A stretch of 64,000 nucleotides of DNA from a bacterium (GCA_030697645.1 JAUYPI010000006.1:76017-140016), one strand, 5' to 3'. Positions 8,892 to 18,164 are shown, numbered from the stretch's first letter. Numbers and translations: made by a program. The notes: a model not told the origin generated them from the sequence alone.

Positions 8892-8934
8892 CTCCATGAT
8901 TCTTGATTCATAATTCTTACTTCATCCGTCATGT
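8892..8934 (+). repeat. 43-bp direct repeat, copy 2 (cassette junction)
   Basis: Identical to 7267-7309. Confidence 0.9.
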
Positions 8935-9080
8935 CCCTCAACCCCCAAGCAAAACTCGTCCCCAACCCTTTCGACATCGCCTCGCTCGAAAAGAAGCCCA
9001 CACGGGATGGGTTCGGGAAAGGCCTTGTTGAGGCCGGAGAGATAGAAATACATGATAAAATACGATTATGCATACGATAA
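8931..9080 (+). pseudogene. Orphan 5' fragment 2 of transketolase C-terminal subunit
   Basis: MSLNPQAKLVPNPFDIASLEKKPTRDGFGKGLVEAGE (homology to about 9041), then an unrelated tail. Confidence 0.9.
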
Positions 9081-9436
9081 ACCAAAAAATTAAAGAGATT
9101 ACGGACACAATCGTTAAAGAGTACCAACCGGAGAAAATTATTCTCTTTGGCTCGTATGCATGGGGCGAGCCGCATGAGTGGAGTGATGTTGACTTGCTTG
9201 TGGTAAAAGAAAGTACAAAGACGCAGCTCGAACGACGACGCGAATTGCGGCGCTTGCTTTTAGACGCAGACATGCCGCTTGATATTTTAGTGCACACAAA
9301 AAAGGAATTAGAGGACAACATCAACGAGAAACGCAATCTTTTTTTAGAAGACATAGTCCGTAATGGCCTTACACTTTACTCTGCTACGCAGGGCGAGATT
9401 GAGCTTACCCATACGCCCGCAACGCTTATTACATGA
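9068..9436 (+). CDS. Minimal nucleotidyltransferase (MNT) antitoxin
   Basis: PEKIILFGSYAWG....SDVDLLVV motif. Confidence 0.9.
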   Translation: MHTINQKIKEITDTIVKEYQPEKIILFGSYAWGEPHEWSDVDLLVVKESTKTQLERRRELRRLLLDADMPLDILVHTKKELEDNINEKRNLFLEDIVRNGLTLYSATQGEIELTHTPATLIT

Positions 9437-10368
9437 ATGACAAAACGACACAATACGCTGGCGAGTGGTTTGAGAGAGGAGACGACGATCTCCAGGTTAT
9501 GGAAGTGCTCCTGAGGAACGAGAGTATCCCCAATGTTGTTTGTTTTCATGCGGAACAGGCGGCAGAAAAATACCTGAAAGGATTCCTGGCGCATCGTGAG
9601 CGACACGCCCGCAGGGTGCACGACTTGTCCTCACTATTGCGGGTATGCTGCGAGGTGGATGCGTCATTCAAAGCGCTACAACATGACGTAGAATTTCTTG
9701 GCGATTTGTACTTTTCGTCACGTTACCCGGACAATTACACCGTGTATCAAAAGAAGGACGCCGAGGAAGCACAGGCAGCTGCGATGCGTGTCAGGGCATT
9801 CGTCCTGGGGCGAGTAAAAGGAAACAGCGCAGATGGTGAGCCCGGCTTTGGCACCGTCGGTCTCATTGTTGGCGTTGTCGCGCTCGCGGTGTTCGTTGCT
9901 CTCGGCGCGGTCGTTTTGCGCAGCCGAGAGGGAGCGGAGGACGGCGTTGCCGCCTGCACCGAAGAAGCAAAACTCTGCCCCGACGGCACCACCGCCCTCC
10001 GCACCGGGCCGAACTGCGAGTTTGCGGAGTGTCCGCTGGTCTCCACACAAGAGGCCGGACATTTAAATGTTCAGACCGACCCCGAAATGGTTATGAGGGA
10101 GGTCGCACGACTGTTGCTTACTGCTGATAGTATTGATGCTGTGTTACCGTATTTTGACGATGGTTCTCAGTCGGTGCTCAAGCGGCGTTTTTCAGAGACA
10201 GCCCTCATGCGCTCGTTGGGTACGACTTATCAATCGGCAAAGCTTGTGGAACGAACCGATACTATTGCTACATTTGGAGTAACGGTTGCAGCGCAAGACA
10301 CGGTTTATCACGGCACGATAGTACTTTATAAGTTTGAGGATGGTAGCTGGAGGATAACTTCGCCTTGA
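9433..10368 (+). CDS. HEPN domain fused to TM helix, CTxEAKLCPDG motif and NTF2-like domain
   Basis: CFHAEQAAEKYLKGFL..RVHDL..SRYPD, then GFGTVGLIVGVVALAV TM and the Cys motif. Confidence 0.85.
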   Translation: MNDKTTQYAGEWFERGDDDLQVMEVLLRNESIPNVVCFHAEQAAEKYLKGFLAHRERHARRVHDLSSLLRVCCEVDASFKALQHDVEFLGDLYFSSRYPDNYTVYQKKDAEEAQAAAMRVRAFVLGRVKGNSADGEPGFGTVGLIVGVVALAVFVALGAVVLRSREGAEDGVAACTEEAKLCPDGTTALRTGPNCEFAECPLVSTQEAGHLNVQTDPEMVMREVARLLLTADSIDAVLPYFDDGSQSVLKRRFSETALMRSLGTTYQSAKLVERTDTIATFGVTVAAQDTVYHGTIVLYKFEDGSWRITSP

Positions 10369-10373
10369 ATTGT

Positions 10374-11390
10374 ATGATTTACAGAGACGCGCATCTCGTC
10401 GAAAACCCTTTCGACCTCACCGCGCTCGAGAAAAAGCCGACGCGCGATGGGTTTGGAAAAGGCCTCGTTGAGGCTGGGGAGAAAGACCCCCGCGTGGTGG
10501 TGCTGTGCGCTGACCTTGCGGATTCCACGCGCGCGCAGTGGTTTCGGGATAAGTTTCCGGATCGCTACATCGAGCTTGGAGTTGCGGAGCAGAACATGGC
10601 GACGGTTGCAAGCGGGCTTGCGAACTACGGGAAGATTCCCTTCATGGCCTCATACGCGGCATTCAATCCGGGGCGCAACAATGAGCAAATCAGGACGACG
10701 ATCGCGCTCAATAATGTGCCGGTGAAAATCGTGGGCTCGCATGGCGGTATCAGCGTCGCGCAGGACGGTGCCACGCACCAGGCGCTCGAAGATGTGGGAC
10801 TTATGCGTATGCAGCCGAACATGGTGGTCATTGTGCCAGTGGATGCCGAAGAGGCGCGGAAGGCAACGTATGCTGCGGCGTTCAACGGGGCTCCGACATA
10901 TCTCCGCTACACGCGTGACAACCGGCCGGTGTTCACCACCGCCGACTCTCCGTTTGAGATAGGGAGGGCGAATTTGCTCTGGGACGGTAATCCCGAGGGA
11001 GACCTCGACGTCGCTGTCATCGGCTGCTCCCCGGTCCTGCACAATGCGCTCATGGCGGTTAAAGAGCTCGCCGAAGAGCGCGGACTTAAGATTGCGGTGC
11101 TGAATTGCCACACAATAAAACCGCTCGACCGCGATGCGATTGTCGGCATTGCAAAGCGAGCCGGAGCCGTTGTCACCGCCGAGGAACACCAAATCGCTGG
11201 CGGCATGGGCTCGGCAATCGCAGAACTACTTGTCCAAGAACATCCAGTACCGATTGAATTCGTCGGCGTCCACGATCGCTTCGGCCAGTCAGGAACCGTC
11301 GAGGAACTTTTCAAGGAATACGGCCTCGATGCGTCGCACATCAAGGAGGCGATCGTGCGGGTGCATGGACGAAAACAAGCCCTTAACTAA
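10374..11390 (+). CDS. Transketolase, C-terminal subunit
   Basis: TRDGFGKGL, ADL, GVAEQNM, DGATHQALED, TIKPLD, EEHQ motifs. Confidence 0.93.
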   Translation: MIYRDAHLVENPFDLTALEKKPTRDGFGKGLVEAGEKDPRVVVLCADLADSTRAQWFRDKFPDRYIELGVAEQNMATVASGLANYGKIPFMASYAAFNPGRNNEQIRTTIALNNVPVKIVGSHGGISVAQDGATHQALEDVGLMRMQPNMVVIVPVDAEEARKATYAAAFNGAPTYLRYTRDNRPVFTTADSPFEIGRANLLWDGNPEGDLDVAVIGCSPVLHNALMAVKELAEERGLKIAVLNCHTIKPLDRDAIVGIAKRAGAVVTAEEHQIAGGMGSAIAELLVQEHPVPIEFVGVHDRFGQSGTVEELFKEYGLDASHIKEAIVRVHGRKQALN

Positions 11391-11515
11391 TTACTAATCA
11401 ATATCTAAACGATCTGAATTATGGGGCTAGAATTATGAATCATGGGGGTTTTGAATGGTGAAAATTCAAACAAGTATACGCGACCATAATTCATGATTCC
11501 TACTTCTTAATTCAC
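11386..11515. repeat. Heptamer-periodic palindromic element (GAATTAT/ATAATTC flavour)
   Basis: Left arm GAATTATGGGGCTAGAATTATGAATCATGG, right arm CCATAATTCATGATTCCTACTTCTTAATTC. Confidence 0.7.
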
Positions 11516-11526
11516 CGTGACCAATC

Positions 11527-12096
11527 GTGCAAAAAATCATCGTTGCCTCAAAAAATCCGGTGAAGATACATGCGGCGGAGGATGGATTTCGGCTCATGTT
11601 TCCCGAGGGAGCATTTGAGATCGAGGGCGTCACGGTACCTTCCGGCGTCCCTGACCAACCGATGTCGGACGCGGAAACTTTTGCGGGCGCATGGAACCGC
11701 GCCACGGGTGCGAGCGGGGTGGCGGCAGACGCGCATTTTTATGTCGGCATCGAGGGCGGGATTGAGGAGCGAGACGGCGAACTTGCTGCTCTCGCGTGGG
11801 TGGTTGTGCGCTCAAGCGACGGCAGGTTCGGGAAGGGAAGGAGTGGGACATTCTTTCTACCGGAGCGTCTTGCGGTGCTTGTACGCGCTGGCCGCGAGCT
11901 CGGCGATGCGAGCGACGAAGTCTTTAACGAGAAGAATTCTAAACAAGGCCTCGGCACCGTGGGGTTCCTCTCTGGCGGTGTTATGGATCGGACACAATAT
12001 TATGTGAGTGCTGTCACCCTCGCGCTATTTCCGTTCCGGAACGCGCATTTGTATTCAAACCGCATAGCTACCGCATTTCTGCGGTCGCAAAAATGA
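11527..12096 (+). CDS. yjjX: Inosine/xanthosine triphosphatase
   Basis: VASKNPVK, VPSGVPDQP, GAWNRA, VGIEGG, ELGDA motifs. Confidence 0.9.
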   Translation: MQKIIVASKNPVKIHAAEDGFRLMFPEGAFEIEGVTVPSGVPDQPMSDAETFAGAWNRATGASGVAADAHFYVGIEGGIEERDGELAALAWVVVRSSDGRFGKGRSGTFFLPERLAVLVRAGRELGDASDEVFNEKNSKQGLGTVGFLSGGVMDRTQYYVSAVTLALFPFRNAHLYSNRIATAFLRSQK

Positions 12097-12706
12097 CGTG
12101 GAAGGGTTTGCAGTAGATGATGACGGAGTCGTATCGGCTTATATCCGTGCCCGCAGGGACGGGATAGTTTTGGTTCCCGCGGTTGCCTTTGAGTGCAGCG
12201 AGCTCGATGCTCTGCGCTGGGTCGCTGCCGCGCGCAAGAAGCACGCGTAAATCCGGCCCGTTCGTGACAGAGAAGTTTTCAAGGCGAAGAACTGACGAAC
12301 CGTCGGCAAGCCGGTAGAGCGTTGCGCCTCCTGACGCCTGGTGGAAGCTGTCACGGCCGGTGAAGGTTCCGGAGCCGAGGGCGGTAGGCCCTGCAGGTTC
12401 TTGAGGTACCTCTGTAGAGTTACCGCTCATACCACTCTCGTCGCCCATCATTCCCTCATTGTTCATCATGGGCATCGGCTCACTCATCATACTGTCCGGC
12501 ATCGTGGCCGCGGCGTCCATGATGTCTTCACGCATCATCTCGAGCTGCTCCGGCGGCATACCCTCCATGAGCGAGGGATCATGCGCGAGCATGTCAGCAG
12601 TCGGGAACGCTTCGTTAATCTCACGATTCAGGAAGAGCGGCGAGCCAAGATACCAGGCTGCGACACCGAGAGCAATGACGGTCATGGCGTAAATATATTT
12701 TTTCAT
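12068..12706 (-). CDS. DM13-domain membrane protein with Met-rich linker
   Basis: HQASG, VLRLENF..NGPDL.V.L, LKGNRGNQNY, IYCKPF. Confidence 0.88.
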   Translation of the reverse strand: MKKYIYAMTVIALGVAAWYLGSPLFLNREINEAFPTADMLAHDPSLMEGMPPEQLEMMREDIMDAAATMPDSMMSEPMPMMNNEGMMGDESGMSGNSTEVPQEPAGPTALGSGTFTGRDSFHQASGGATLYRLADGSSVLRLENFSVTNGPDLRVLLARGSDPAQSIELAALKGNRGNQNYPVPAGTDISRYDSVIIYCKPFHVIFATAEMR

Positions 12707-12763
12707 ATTTTATCACCACGCTTGCGGGGGCGACGCTTGTGCTCAATACTATAGTAATACGGT

Positions 12764-13732
12764 ATGGTCCGCAACGAACAGAAAAACGAATCGAAACTTG
12801 ATGCGGGTATATTCGACGATGCCAAACGCTCTCTTACTCCCGAACAATACGCCGTGACACAGCAAAAGACGACCGAACGGCCGTTCGAGAACAAGTATTG
12901 GGACAATAAAGCGCACGGGAAGTATCGGTGCGTGGTTTGCGGTGCGCCACTTTTTTCTTCAGAGGAAAAGTTTGACTCCGGCACGGGCTGGCCGAGTTTT
13001 ACGGCACCGACATCCGAGAGTGCGCTCGCCATGGCTGAAGATACGACGCAAGCCAGCGAACGCACCGAGGCGCTCTGCGCGCGCTGTGGTGCGCACTTAG
13101 GGCACGTCTTTGACGACGGGCCGCGCGAGCGCGGCGGCAAGCGCTACTGTATCAATTCGGCGTCGCTCGATTTTACGCCGCAGAACGCAAGCGAGGTAGC
13201 TCCCAGAGTTCGAGACCCCATTGCGAACGATATTTCGGACGCGCTCACGGCGAACACAACACCAGAACACGCGCCGACCGAGACCGCCACATTTGCGGCT
13301 GGTTGTTTTTGGGGTGTGGAGGCTGGGTTCCGAGAACTGGCAGGCGTCGTTACTGTTACAGTGGGATATTCAGGCGGGCAGACAAAAAACCCCTCGTACG
13401 CCGAGGTCTGCGGCGGCACGACGGGCCACGCTGAGGCAGTGAGTGTCGAGTACGACTCACGGAAGATTTCGTACGACGAGCTGCTTGCGGCGTTTTGGGC
13501 GATGCACGATCCGACCGAGCGCAATCGCCAAGGGCCGGACGTCGGCAGTCAGTACCGCTCGATCATTTTTTATCATACACAGGAACAGGAGCGTTCTGCC
13601 CGCGCCTCAAAAGAGGCGTTCGAGAGGGAGGGGAAGTACGGAGCGAAGACGATCGTGACCGAGATCATCCCCGCGACACCGTTCTACCGAGCAGAGGAGT
13701 ACCACCAGCAGTATTTTGCAAAACAGCGGTAA
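12764..13732 (+). CDS. msrBA: Bifunctional methionine sulfoxide reductase MsrB-MsrA
   Basis: KFDSGTGWPSF, HLGHVFDDGP, RYCINS (MsrB); GCFWG, GHAE, AEEYHQ (MsrA). Confidence 0.93.
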   Translation: MVRNEQKNESKLDAGIFDDAKRSLTPEQYAVTQQKTTERPFENKYWDNKAHGKYRCVVCGAPLFSSEEKFDSGTGWPSFTAPTSESALAMAEDTTQASERTEALCARCGAHLGHVFDDGPRERGGKRYCINSASLDFTPQNASEVAPRVRDPIANDISDALTANTTPEHAPTETATFAAGCFWGVEAGFRELAGVVTVTVGYSGGQTKNPSYAEVCGGTTGHAEAVSVEYDSRKISYDELLAAFWAMHDPTERNRQGPDVGSQYRSIIFYHTQEQERSARASKEAFEREGKYGAKTIVTEIIPATPFYRAEEYHQQYFAKQR

Positions 13733-13786
13733 CTGATTTTGTACTAAAAACTCTTGCTTTTTTTAAATAGATATGGTATCCTTTTG

Positions 13787-13818
13787 TTGGATAGTTGGAT
13801 AGTTGGATAGTTGGATAG
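13787..13818 (+). repeat. Tandem repeat (TTGGATAG)x4
   Basis: Four perfect 8-mers directly after a promoter-like TTGCTT..TGGTATCCT. Confidence 0.9.
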
Positions 13819-13864
13819 GCGGGGTAAACCGCCGCACATTGACTTTCGAGAGAGGAGTGAGGTC

Positions 13865-14539
13865 ATGGCAGAAGATCAAGAACCGCGGATGAAGGCGTTA
13901 GCGCGGCTTAATGAGATGGAGCTTTCTCCAACAAACCCTCATGTGCGTGCTGCCGCAAAGCGACTCCGTTTTAAACCTGAAACCCTCGTTAAGCGGACAG
14001 AGGAGGCGTTCCCGTCAAAATTTGAACAGCGAGTTTATGTCATCATAAGCCGCATATGGAAGCGAGCCGCGCACCCGGAAACCATCTCCGCATGTTTCCG
14101 CTATTTTAATAGCGGACAAGATCTCTACCCAGCCGATTTCGGTGCGAAGGGTAAAGGCAACAGGGTGCTTGAGAATACTGCGCAGACTCTCTTACTAATG
14201 AGCCGAGGGTTTGTCAGTAAGGACGTGGCAATGCGCTTTGTGGAGCGGTTTGGGGATCGGGCAGAAGAAGTGTACAACCTGATCGGGGATAATCTCCAGA
14301 CCCTTATGCGCAAGCTTGGTATGCGCACCTTTTCATCGCAAGCGATGATGGGGATTCTCTACGCAGTTGCGTATTCAGACAGTGAACACCCGGAAGTGCT
14401 AGATCTCGATATTGTCACCGTTGACGATGTTGAAATGGTTCTTGGCCATTTTACGGAATGGCCTGATGATAACCAGAAAGACATCGTAGCCCTGGGGCGC
14501 GTAGAAGAAGACGCATATGAAGAAAGGGGTGATGAATAA
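13865..14539 (+). CDS. Hypothetical protein
   Basis: ORF with GAGGAG RBS before ATG 13865; coupled to the next gene. Confidence 0.7.
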   Translation: MAEDQEPRMKALARLNEMELSPTNPHVRAAAKRLRFKPETLVKRTEEAFPSKFEQRVYVIISRIWKRAAHPETISACFRYFNSGQDLYPADFGAKGKGNRVLENTAQTLLLMSRGFVSKDVAMRFVERFGDRAEEVYNLIGDNLQTLMRKLGMRTFSSQAMMGILYAVAYSDSEHPEVLDLDIVTVDDVEMVLGHFTEWPDDNQKDIVALGRVEEDAYEERGDE

Positions 14540-15909
14540 TGGACTGGGGGAGTGAAATCCTGGATGAATTGGAGGGCAAGAAGAAAATACCGGCGAATGT
14601 CCTTGCATTGATCAGGCCGTCAGTCGCACTTCTGGACCTTGGCCTCCCGGTGGATGTTCTCTATGAACATACACGGTGGAGCATCCGAGATCTATTGAGA
14701 CGGGTGCATCCTGACCAACGACAAGGCGAGATGGTTGCAGGGTTGAAGACACTTTCTGACGCCTTTGATTTTATCAAAGACCAGGAAGTGTTTGCTGACG
14801 CATTGACTAAGGCGCGAGATGACCGTTCGTATGAGCGTCTTGGAGAACGTTCACTTCGGGCACGAATTCAGAGCTTACAGGATGATATTGCAAATCTGCG
14901 CGCGCGGCTTCATCATCAAGAACAGGCCCATCCGGAAGATATAGCGCAGTTAAAAGTGCAACATCAAGCTGACCTGCGTGCGCTCAGAGAGGCGCAGGAA
15001 AGACGTGAAGCGTTCTTTCAGGCACAGGAATCTAAAATCCGGTTCGGCGAATGGTTTCAGAGTTACCTTGCGGGGCGGATGATGGGCTTTGCTTCAAAGA
15101 GTGGAAGTGTCAGGCCGATCACCGGACATATGCAGATCATCGTCGCCTCGTTCGCTTTTTCTTTTTCCGCTCCTCCTGACGAGAAACGAAAATCCGAAAT
15201 GTACGCGAGGTACACCGAAGCGGTGGAGAAATTAGCGCGTGGCAGAAAAGTACTGCCCAAAGAGAAATCCGATCCTCTGCGCGATTTCATCGCAAGCCAC
15301 AACCTTGCTGCGGTCCCGGCCATCGAGTTGTTCGAGCGAGCGAAATCCTCCGGACTCAATGCGCCAGAGATCAGATGGAGTTTCCGACATGCACGGCGCG
15401 AACTGGATCTGACTCGCATGGGAGGTGCAGATCCAGGAGGGGTTGTACAAGAAACATCGCTGGAAGGATGGACGAGCGCGTTAGAAAACAGATACCAAGA
15501 GGCTCTCGAATACCTTGCTCGCGGGTTGAGTGTGCTGTACATAGATCGAGCTGCTGTTATGCCCCAGAGGATTACTATTGATCATCAAGTATTCGAAGGG
15601 GATGCGGTAAGTAAGGCCCGACTGTATCTACTTGGCACCGTGGATCCTGCAATAGCGTTTGAACACCATTATATTCCACCCGCGGAATATACATCTCCTC
15701 GCCTGCAGCTCACCGACGCGATTGTTCCGCACGTTGAGCCGTTTCTATGCCCTGGACGGGGGATCGTTGGACTTTCTGGCGCTCAACCGTTTACCTTGAC
15801 ACCGATATATCCCAATACCGAATGGGAACAACTCATGGAACGAAAGGAGACGATGACGAAAAGTAAAAGTACTTTATTTTTTTCTCACATCGTTCTTGGT
15901 GTGGAATAG
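14539..15909 (+). CDS. Hypothetical protein with J-domain-like HPD segment and coiled coil
   Basis: IRDLLRRVHPDQ..LKTLSDAFDFIKD followed by heptad region. Confidence 0.7.
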   Translation: MDWGSEILDELEGKKKIPANVLALIRPSVALLDLGLPVDVLYEHTRWSIRDLLRRVHPDQRQGEMVAGLKTLSDAFDFIKDQEVFADALTKARDDRSYERLGERSLRARIQSLQDDIANLRARLHHQEQAHPEDIAQLKVQHQADLRALREAQERREAFFQAQESKIRFGEWFQSYLAGRMMGFASKSGSVRPITGHMQIIVASFAFSFSAPPDEKRKSEMYARYTEAVEKLARGRKVLPKEKSDPLRDFIASHNLAAVPAIELFERAKSSGLNAPEIRWSFRHARRELDLTRMGGADPGGVVQETSLEGWTSALENRYQEALEYLARGLSVLYIDRAAVMPQRITIDHQVFEGDAVSKARLYLLGTVDPAIAFEHHYIPPAEYTSPRLQLTDAIVPHVEPFLCPGRGIVGLSGAQPFTLTPIYPNTEWEQLMERKETMTKSKSTLFFSHIVLGVE

Positions 15910-15918
15910 TTACTCTAT

Positions 15919-15961
15919 ATCACCCCAATGCTCACTGTTTGTGCGCATTGGGGTGATTTTT
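15919..15961 (+). terminator. Intrinsic terminator
   Basis: ATCACCCCAATGC..GCATTGGGGTGAT followed by Ts. Confidence 0.7.
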
Positions 15962-16061
15962 ATAGTCGTCATTTGGGGTCTGATCCTCACCCTTCGGTAG
16001 CATTTTTTATGGTCTATAACGTGAGTTTTGTGTTGCCGTAAAGATGCGGTAGGATATATGA

Positions 16062-16388
16062 ATGGAACATCGAATGTCATACACAATCCGCGGGTTTTTT
16101 GATTTTGTGCGCGAGCAGGGCGTGGTCGGCTTTGCGGTCGGCTTCATGGTCGGCGGAGCGGCAACACGGCTTGTCGGTTCGCTCGTCGGGGACGTCATTA
16201 ATCCGCTTCTCGGCCTTGCGCTTGGTGCCGCTGGCGATTTAAGTGAGGAGTCGCTTAGAGTAGGATCCGCTGTGGTGAAATGGGGGAACCTCGTCAAAAC
16301 GGCCATCGACTTCATTATCGTTGCGGCCGTCGTCTATGTTGGGGTGCGGATGCTGGGACTCGACAAGGTTGATAAGAAGAAGCAATGA
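16062..16388 (+). CDS. mscL: Large-conductance mechanosensitive channel (short form)
   Basis: GFFDFVREQGVVGFAVGFMVGGA..LVGSLVGDVINPLLG. Confidence 0.88.
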   Translation: MEHRMSYTIRGFFDFVREQGVVGFAVGFMVGGAATRLVGSLVGDVINPLLGLALGAAGDLSEESLRVGSAVVKWGNLVKTAIDFIIVAAVVYVGVRMLGLDKVDKKKQ

Positions 16389-16468
16389 CGTATTGAACAC
16401 GGGCACAAAAAACACGCCACGCAAAACTGTCACGCGGCGGGTTTGATGTTGTACGGAAATAGTAGACG

Positions 16469-16672
16469 CTATACCGGAGATACCTGTTGTTCAATCATGC
16501 GGTGACAGTCAGCGACTGAAATCAGGGGCTCTCCCGGATGCTTTTCGTCCATATGCGCCTTGATGCCGGCCTCATTCATCATGCTCTTAAATTTCGCGAC
16601 TGCCTCGTCTCTGGTCGCGGCTTCTACGGTCATCGTATCGCCGCACGGGCATGTCATTTTATATGAAGTCAT
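16469..16672 (-). CDS. DUF1059-like small metal-binding protein
   Basis: CPCG..VEAATRDEAV..HMDEKHP. Confidence 0.7.
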   Translation of the reverse strand: MTSYKMTCPCGDTMTVEAATRDEAVAKFKSMMNEAGIKAHMDEKHPGEPLISVADCHRMIEQQVSPV

Positions 16673-16791
16673 AATTTTTTCTGTATATTGCTAAACTCTC
16701 GACCAGTATACATGGTAGCACGGTATAGATTTTCTTACGATGCTGTGGCCGTGCGGGTGTTTCTTTTTTCTGCTACAATGAGGCTGTTTTT

Positions 16792-16865
16792 GCGGCCGTA
16801 GCTTAGCCTGGAAAAGCGCTGCCCTGTCACGGCAGAGATCGAGGGTTCAAATCCCTTCGGCCGCG
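16792..16865 (+). tRNA. tRNA-Asp(GTC)
   Basis: GCGGCCG/CGGCCGC acceptor, CTGCC-CTGTCAC-GGCAG anticodon arm, GGTTCAAATCC. Confidence 0.95.
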
Positions 16866-17033
16866 CAAAGCTAAAAAGACCCTTGTTTAGCGGTCCTTTT
16901 TAGTTGCCCGAATCTGAGTAAAGTATTTTCCAATCAAGATAGGGCCCTGAAATAGAACAGTCGATCCGTGAGGCGTCAAATCTGGTGCGAACTTGTCATC
17001 CGAGAGTAACGGGTGTGTGCTATACTCTCCCTG

Positions 17034-18164
17034 ATGCCGAGCGTCGCGCTTTATAGAAAATATCGTCCAACGAGTTTCGCCGAGGTTGCGGGTCAGCCGC
17101 AGGTGACGAGGGCGCTTGAGGGTGCTCTTAAGGGTGGCTCGATTGCGCACGCCTATCTCTTTGCTGGTTCGCGGGGCACGGGCAAGACCTCGGTTGCGCG
17201 CATTTTTGCGCGCGCGGCAGGCGTCGGCGAGAGCGATCTTTACGAAATAGACGCGGCGTCAAACCGCGGCATTGACGATGTGCGCGCGCTCCGCGAGCAG
17301 GTACATACGCTACCCTTCGGCTCGCCGTACAAATGCTACATTATCGACGAATGTCATAGCCTGACAAAGGACGCGTATAACGCGCTCCTCAAAACCCTCG
17401 AGGAGCCGCCGCCGCACGCGCTCTTCATCCTCGCAACGACCGAACTCGAGAAAGTGCCGGAGACCGTTGTCTCGCGCTGCGAGCTCCACCGATTCCGCAA
17501 ACCCGCGCTCCGCGAGCTCGGCGAGTGTGCGCTCTCGGTCGCGGAGGCGGAGGGCTACACGCTTGAGCCGCAGGCTGCGGAGCTTGTTGCCCTCATCGGC
17601 GATGGGTCGTTTCGTGACACGCTCGGAGCGCTTCAGAAAGTGTTGAGCGCGGGCGGCGCTGATGCACTGGCCGACAAAAAAATAAAACGCTCGCTCATCT
17701 CTGCTGATGCCGCCGCGACAATACTCGGCGCACCATCCGCCGCACTCATCCGCGATTTTGTCGGTGCACTTGCGGAGCGCAATCTCCCCGCTGCGCTCGC
17801 CCTCGTGGGCACTGCGGCAGGGCAGGGAGGAGACCTTCGGCTTTTCGCCGAACTTTTACTGAGGCGATTGCGTTTTATCCTCCTGCTCCGCTACGCGCCG
17901 GACATGGCGGATTTTATTCGCGGCGAGCTCTCGGACGAAGACTTTGCGACGGCAAGAGAACTTGCACGCCGCTCCGATACCCCCATCAACTCCGCCACGC
18001 TCGCCGTCTTTCTCGCCGCCGCTGCGGAGATCCCCCGCGCTGCAATCCCCGAACTCCCCCTCGAGCTTGCACTGGTAGATTCACTCGATCCCTCAAATGA
18101 TAAGATTGTATATGCGATGGTTGAAGGAGGCACTCTGCATTCCAAAAAGAGATATCGTATGTGA
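17034..18164 (+). CDS. dnaX: DNA polymerase III gamma/tau subunit (short form, 3' end extended by foreign DNA)
   Basis: LYRKYRP, GSRGTGKTS, EIDAASNRG, IIDECH, LLKTLEEPP. Confidence 0.93.
   Translation: MPSVALYRKYRPTSFAEVAGQPQVTRALEGALKGGSIAHAYLFAGSRGTGKTSVARIFARAAGVGESDLYEIDAASNRGIDDVRALREQVHTLPFGSPYKCYIIDECHSLTKDAYNALLKTLEEPPPHALFILATTELEKVPETVVSRCELHRFRKPALRELGECALSVAEAEGYTLEPQAAELVALIGDGSFRDTLGALQKVLSAGGADALADKKIKRSLISADAAATILGAPSAALIRDFVGALAERNLPAALALVGTAAGQGGDLRLFAELLLRRLRFILLLRYAPDMADFIRGELSDEDFATARELARRSDTPINSATLAVFLAAAAEIPRAAIPELPLELALVDSLDPSNDKIVYAMVEGGTLHSKKRYRM

Noticed and set aside
6657-10368. Diversity-generating retroelement (TR/VR pair)
   Set aside because: Differences between copies are not adenine-specific, and no reverse transcriptase or Avd gene is in the window
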